DNA of 3,746 nucleotides from Escherichia coli (GTDB lineage Bacteria; Pseudomonadota; Gammaproteobacteria; Enterobacterales; Enterobacteriaceae): NCBI RefSeq assembly GCF_003334385.1, contig NZ_QOWN01000091.1; one strand, 5' to 3'. Shown piece by piece: positions 1 to 3,746 of this stretch (position 1 is its first letter; each line of letters starts with the position of its first letter). The notes under the pieces were generated by a model. It saw only the letters and a program-made list of their open reading frames with translations, ran no database searches and was not told where the DNA came from. The position numbers and the translations under genes were made by a program.

Positions 1-418
1 AGTTATCGTGAGAGTAATTCATCGGCACGTTAAATCATATCAGGCGTAATACCACAACCCTTAAGTTAGCGCTTATGCTGTGTGTCCCCTCCTTCCCTTC
101 GGAGCACATCCACTATTCAAATTTTACACAACCACGTACGAACAAAAAGCATCATCCCGGGTATTGCAGATACCGGTTTCCTGCCGGGAAGAATCATAAA
201 CAGAACACCGGGAATAACGCCTTCAGGAATCACCCCCCCTCCTGAAGAAGAATAAAATAAAGAAGACTACAGTTCCTGCACTGAATGCTGAGTACAATAT
301 TTTATGGACAGGATGACATTTTTATAAATAACAAAAACCATTTAATACTGATACATCAATAAAATACTTCTTCCCTGCTGACACAGATAAAATGCACCAT
401 TTTTTCTTCAAATACTTC

Positions 419-426
419 TGTATAAT
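419..426 (+). promoter_or_regulatory. Candidate sigma70 extended -10 element (TGTATAAT) in AT-rich region; no clear -35
   Basis: Sequence ctgTGTATAATcgcc read directly at 419-426. No convincing TTGACA-like hexamer 16-18 bp upstream, so it would have to work as an extended -10 promoter. AT-rich DNA gives many chance -10 matches. Confidence 0.2.
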
Positions 427-988
427 CGCCAGCCAATGATGAGAATGGATTAAAATAACACTTCTTCGACAAACACAAAAACAGCCTTCATTTTACATCA
501 TCATCCAGTTTCAGTTAACCCCGGACGAGCGACAGTGTTTCAGTACAGGAATTAAAAGCCAGCTTTTGCTCAGTAAAACACACTCAACTAATAATATCTC
601 AGCAGATATTATCCTGACCAGGACACCTCACATTACTGAATTCTCTTCCGACAGTATCACTGCACAAATAAAAAAGAACGGGATAAATATTCAGACCGGA
701 AGAATGGTGTCACAAAAGCATTTAATCATTACGCATGACCAGGAAGGGAAACACTTAACCACATGGTATCAACAGATATCATTACGTGTGCACTCTTATA
801 AAAAACACACAGAAGAAGTAAGATAATTATAAACGTAAATTTAATATCTCCCACTGACATCTCCCCCACAATACACTAAAAAATACTCACAGCAGTAAAC
901 ACAGACACACCTGATAATCATACAGCCGATAAATATTTTCCCCTTTACGGAGAAATCAGCCTGCTGTTTAACAATAACGGCGTATTTT

Positions 989-1036
989 CATGGAAGGAGA
1001 TCACCCAGTAACGGATAAGTCCTGATCTCCTTCATG
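989..1036. repeat. Imperfect inverted repeat (about 14 bp arms, 19 nt spacer); each arm contains a GATC and the left arm an AAGGAG motif
   Basis: Left arm catgGaaggagatca (989-1003) pairs with right arm tgatctccttcatg (1023-1036) with one bulged G. GATC at 999-1002 and 1024-1027. Read directly from sequence. Confidence 0.5.
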
Positions 1037-1097
1037 TTAATACGCAACAATCCCATCGATTCAAAACAATTTCAGACAGATATTATCTCCGTGAATC

Positions 1098-1136
1098 CCC
1101 CGCCACCTTTCCGGTGCGCGGGGTTTTGTCTTTTTT
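1098..1136 (+). terminator. Rho-independent terminator-like hairpin plus T-tract just upstream of the GTPase gene
   Basis: GC-rich stem CCCCGCCACC (1098-1107) pairs with GGTGCGCGGGG (1113-1123, one bulge), loop TTTCC, followed by TTTTGTCTTTTTT (1124-1136). Orientation fits + strand only, since the T-run is 3' of the stem. Confidence 0.5.
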
Positions 1137-1152
1137 CACCGGGAATACATGT

Positions 1153-2025
1153 ATGAATCCGTCTGATGCCATTGAGGCAATTGAAAAACCGCTCTCCTCC
1201 CTGCCTTACTCACTTTCCCGTCACATCCTGGAACATCTGCGCAAACTCACCAGTCACGAACCCGTGATTGGCATTATGGGTAAAAGCGGGGCCGGTAAAT
1301 CCTCACTCTGTAATGCGCTGTTTCAGGGGGAGGTCACCCCGGTCAGTGATGTTCACGCCGGCACCCGGGAAGTGCGGCGCTTCCGTCTGAGTGGTCACGG
1401 TCACAGCATGGTTATCACTGACCTGCCCGGGGTGGGCGAGAGCCGGGACAGGGATGCAGAGTATGAAGCCCTGTACCGTGACATTCTGCCCGAACTGGAC
1501 CTGGTGCTGTGGCTGATTAAAGCCGATGACCGCGCCCTGTCTGTGGATGAGTATTTCTGGCGACACATCCTGCACCGGGGACATCAGCAGGTGCTGTTTG
1601 TGGTGACGCAGGCCGACAAAACGGAGCCCTGCCATGAATGGGATATGGCCGGCATTCAGCCTTCTCCCGCACAGGCACAGAACATTCGGGAGAAAACGGA
1701 GGCGGTATTCCGTCTGTTCCGGCCCGTACATCCGGTTGTTGCCGTATCGGCCCGCACCGGCTGGGAACTGGATACGCTGGTCAGTGCGCTAATGACAGCA
1801 CTTCCCGACCATGCCGCCAGTCCCCTGATGACCCGCCTGCAGGACGAGCTGCGCACGGAATCTGTCCGCGCTCAGGCCCGTGAACAGTTTACCGGTGCGG
1901 TGGACCGGATATTTGACACGGCGGAGAGCGTCTGTGTTGCCTCTGTTGCCCGTACGGTTCTGCGTGCCGTCCGTGACACGGTGGTCTCTGTTGCCCGCGC
2001 TGTATGGAACTGGATTTTCTTCTGA
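1153..2025 (+). CDS. yeeP: YeeP/YfjP/YkfA-family putative GTP-binding protein (P-loop GTPase, 50S ribosome-binding GTPase-like domain), apparently intact, about 290 aa
   Basis: ORF track 1114-2025 (+). Translation has Walker A/G1 GIMGKSGAGKSS, G3 DLPG and G4-like TQAD motifs. Preferred start is ATG 1153 (MNPSDAIE...) because GTG 1114 lies inside the upstream terminator hairpin. Position immediately upstream of flu matches the known yeeP-isrC-flu arrangement of CP4-44. Stop TGA at 2023-2025. Confidence 0.8.
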   Translation: MNPSDAIEAIEKPLSSLPYSLSRHILEHLRKLTSHEPVIGIMGKSGAGKSSLCNALFQGEVTPVSDVHAGTREVRRFRLSGHGHSMVITDLPGVGESRDRDAEYEALYRDILPELDLVLWLIKADDRALSVDEYFWRHILHRGHQQVLFVVTQADKTEPCHEWDMAGIQPSPAQAQNIREKTEAVFRLFRPVHPVVAVSARTGWELDTLVSALMTALPDHAASPLMTRLQDELRTESVRAQAREQFTGAVDRIFDTAESVCVASVARTVLRAVRDTVVSVARAVWNWIFF

Positions 2026-2109
2026 ACAGTCTGCCAGGGAAATGCCTGATAACATTACGTTAACCAACTGAAAACATGACACAAACCCCTCATACTCCTC
2101 CTGTTTCTC

Positions 2110-2138
2110 TTGCGTGACCGCCTTGTCGTTAATAGAAT
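2110..2138 (+). promoter_or_regulatory. sigma70 promoter of agn43/flu: -35 TTGCGT (2110-2115), 17-bp spacer, -10 TAGAAT (2133-2138); predicted TSS about 2144-2146
   Basis: Hexamers and spacing read directly. The predicted TSS falls on the first of three GATC sites, matching the known architecture in which OxyR binds over and just downstream of the agn43 promoter. Confidence 0.6.
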
Positions 2139-2140
2139 AA

Positions 2141-2182
2141 AACGATCGATAAAACAGGTATCGATCGTTGCTATCGATCGTT
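2141..2182. promoter_or_regulatory. Ag43 phase-variation switch: three Dam-target GATC sites within an OxyR-type operator
   Basis: GATC at 2144-2147, 2163-2166 and 2176-2179, each inside a CGATCG palindrome. Direct repeat TATCGATCGTT at 2159-2169 and 2172-2182. The three-GATC OxyR/Dam switch of agn43 is established biology; its location directly downstream of the -10 and upstream of the Ag43 CDS fits. Confidence 0.75.
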
Positions 2183-2371
2183 TGTAGTGGTTAATGGTCT
2201 GCGAAAAGGCAGCTGAATCTCTTCATCATGCAGAACGGAATTGCACACAACGGACTGATACTTCTCTGGCGGATGAGAGAGGGGAAGCATTTATGTCCGG
2301 GAAAAACCACTTTATCTGAGCATGCTGTTTTGTACCTGCCGGTATCCACATTTGTGGGTACCGGCTTTTTT
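2145..2371 (+). ncRNA. isrC: isrC-like leader RNA: agn43 5' leader from the predicted TSS to the leader terminator
   Basis: In E. coli K-12 the sRNA IsrC is annotated between yeeP and flu on the same strand. Here a promoter (2110-2138) and an intrinsic terminator (2339-2371) bracket about 225 nt immediately upstream of the flu start. The 5' end is inferred, not observed. Confidence 0.35.
2339..2371 (+). terminator. Intrinsic terminator/attenuator hairpin in the agn43 leader, 26 nt upstream of the Ag43 start codon
   Basis: Stem CCGGTATCCAC (2339-2349) pairs with GTGGGTACCGG (2354-2364), about 11 bp including one G-U pair, loop ATTT, followed by CTTTTTTATT (T-run 2366-2371). The Ag43 RBS AAGGAA (2384-2389) and ATG (2397) lie downstream of it. 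Confidence 0.55.
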
Positions 2372-2396
2372 ATTCACCCTCTGTAAGGAAAAGCTG

Positions 2397-2552
2397 ATGA
2401 AACGACATCTGAACACCAGCTACAGGCTGGTATGGAATCACATTACGGGCACCCTGGTGGTGGCCTCCGAACTGGCCCGCTCACGGGGAAAACGCGCTGG
2501 TGTGGCGGTTGCGCTGTCTCTTGCTGCTGTCACATCAGTCCCGGCACTGGCT
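2397..2552 (+). other. Extended autotransporter signal peptide of Ag43 (52 codons), predicted cleavage after ALA before ADKV
   Basis: N-terminal extension MKRHLNTSYRLVWNHITGTLVVASELA, then basic n-region RSRGKR, hydrophobic core AGVAVALSLAAV, and an A-L-A cleavage motif. Matches the established Ag43 signal peptide layout. Confidence 0.7.
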
Positions 2553-3746
2553 GCTGACAAGGTTGTACAGGCGGGAGAAACCGTGAACGACGGAACACTG
2601 ACAAATCATGACAACCAGATTGTCCTCGGTACGGCCAACGGAATGACCATCAGTACCGGTCTGGAGTATGGGCCGGATAACGAGGCCAATACCGGCGGAC
2701 AATGGATACAAAATGGCGGTATCGCCAACAACACTACTGTCACCGGTGGTGGTCTTCAGAGAGTGAATGCCGGAGGAAGCGTTTCAGACACGGTTATCAG
2801 TGCCGGAGGCGGACAGAGCCTTCAGGGGCAGGCAGTGAACACCACTCTGAACGGCGGTGAGCAGTGGGTACATGAAGGCGGGATTGCAACGGGTACCGTC
2901 ATTAATGAGAAGGGCTGGCAGGCCATCAAATCCGGCGCAGTGGCAACCGACACGGTTGTGAATACCGGCGCGGAAGGGGGACCGGATGCGGAAAATGGTG
3001 ATACCGGGCAGACCGTCTACGGAGATGCCGTACGCACCACCATCAATAAAAATGGTCGTCAGATTGTGGCTGCTGAAGGAACGGCAAATACCACTGTGGT
3101 TTATGCCGGCGGCGACCAGACTGTACATGGTCACGCACTGGATACCACGCTGAATGGGGGGGGACCAGTATGTGCACAACGGCGGTACGGCGTCTGGCAC
3201 TGTTGTAAACAGTGACGGCTGGCAGATTGTCAAAAACGGGGGTGTGGCCGGGAATACCACCGTTAATCAGAAGGGCAGACTGCAGGTGGACGCCGGTGGT
3301 ACAGCCACGAATGTCACCCTGAAGCAGGGCGGCGCACTGGTTACCAGTACGGCTGCAACCGTTACCGGCATAAACCGCCTGGGAGCATTCTCTGTTGTGG
3401 AGGGTAAAGCTGATAATGTCGTACTGGAAAATGGCGGACGCCTGGATGTGCTGACCGGACACACAGCCACTAATACCCGCGTGGATGATGGCGGAACGCT
3501 GGATGTCCGCAACGGTGGCACCGCCACCACCGTATCCATGGGAAATGGCGGTGTACTGCTGGCCGATTCCGGTGCCGCTGTCAGTGGTACCCGGAGCGAC
3601 GGAAAGGCATTCAGTATCGGAGGTGGTCAGGCGGATGCCCTGATGCTGGAAAAAGGCAGTTCATTCACGCTGAACGCCGGTGATACGGCCACGGATACCA
3701 CGGTAAATGGCGGACTGTTCACCGCCAGGGGCGGCACACTGGCGGG
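2397..3746 (+). CDS. flu: Antigen 43 (Ag43) self-associating autotransporter adhesin, N-terminal signal peptide and part of the passenger domain; runs off the 3' end of the window; frame interrupted by +1 at a G8 tract (3156-3163)
   Basis: RBS AAGGAA (2384-2389) then ATG 2397. Translation MKRHLNTSYRLVWNHITGTLVVASELARSRGKRAGVAVALSLAAVTSVPALA-ADKVV... is the characteristic 52-aa extended Ag43 signal peptide, followed by beta-helix rungs (TLNGGEQWVHEGG..., NGG..TV repeats). Frame 0 ends at TGA 3213-3215; the Ag43 sequence continues without stops in the +1 frame from 3154 to 3746 (QYVHNGGTASGTVVNSDGWQIVKNGG...). Confidence 0.85.
3156..3163. repeat. G8 homopolymer inside the Ag43 coding sequence; site of the +1 frameshift
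   Basis: Eight consecutive G at 3156-3163, read directly. Seven G would give in-frame AAT GGG GGG GAC CAG TAT = N-G-G-D-Q-Y, which parallels the earlier rung TLNGGEQWVHEGG. Confidence 0.9.

Noticed and set aside
220-248. Short hairpin (cttcagga ... tcctgaag, 8-bp stem, 11-nt C-rich loop)
   Set aside because: There is no adjacent T-run on either strand, so it is not a convincing terminator, and an 8-bp inverted repeat is within chance expectation for this length of sequence.
566-826. 86-aa ORF on + strand in the AT-rich region
   Set aside because: It initiates at TTG with no properly spaced Shine-Dalgarno. The translation is low-complexity (Thr/Ile/Lys/His-rich), typical of chance ORFs in AT-rich DNA, and has no recognisable motif. 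It is kept only as a possibility within the upstream-transcript finding.
1303-2082. Minus-strand ORFs (1303-1731, 1656-1856, 1789-2082) and the + strand 1638-1883 and 1880-2071 ORFs overlapping the GTPase gene
   Set aside because: These are alternative-frame or antisense ORFs inside a GC-rich coding region. They have no motifs or RBS, and the GTPase frame explains the region.
2322-2396. In-frame upstream ATG (2322) extending the Ag43 ORF by 25 codons (MLFCTCRYPHLWVPAFLFTLCKEKL)
   Set aside because: The extension spans the leader terminator hairpin and has no RBS. The canonical Ag43 extended signal peptide begins at MKRHLN (ATG 2397), which is preceded by AAGGAA at the correct spacing.
2784-3539. 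Minus-strand ORFs (2784-3260, 3043-3462, 3267-3539) overlapping flu
   Set aside because: Antisense open frames are expected in GC-rich, Gly/Thr/Ala-codon-rich repetitive coding sequence. The + strand Ag43 translation is unambiguous.
2560-3746. Periodic sequence similarity (recurring AATGGCGG / ACCGGCGG-type motifs) that might be taken for a tandem DNA repeat or CRISPR-like array
   Set aside because: The periodicity reflects the roughly 19-residue beta-helix rungs of the Ag43 passenger domain at the protein level. The units are degenerate at the DNA level and there are no spacers or flanking array features.

Overview
This window looks like the left part of an E. coli CP4-44-type genomic island, identified by motif and protein-level recognition only (no searches were run). 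It reads, in order: (i) about 1.1 kb of AT-rich DNA (1-1100) with no convincing ORF but a candidate extended -10 promoter, a 14-bp inverted repeat and a strong intrinsic terminator; (ii) an apparently intact YeeP/YfjP/YkfA-family P-loop GTPase gene (1153-2025, +); (iii) the antigen 43 (flu/agn43) phase-variation control region, with a sigma70 promoter, three GATC sites in an OxyR-type operator, and a long leader carrying an 8-codon uORF and a terminator hairpin (isrC-like); (iv) the 5' 1.35 kb of the Ag43 autotransporter gene (2397 to window end, +). The most notable point is that the Ag43 reading frame is broken by a +1 shift at a G8 homopolymer (3156-3163); this is either a sequencing error or a real inactivating or slippage-prone mutation. 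I cannot point to a clearly novel multi-gene system here; the candidates for undescribed biology are the upstream AT-rich transcript region and the function of the GTPase.
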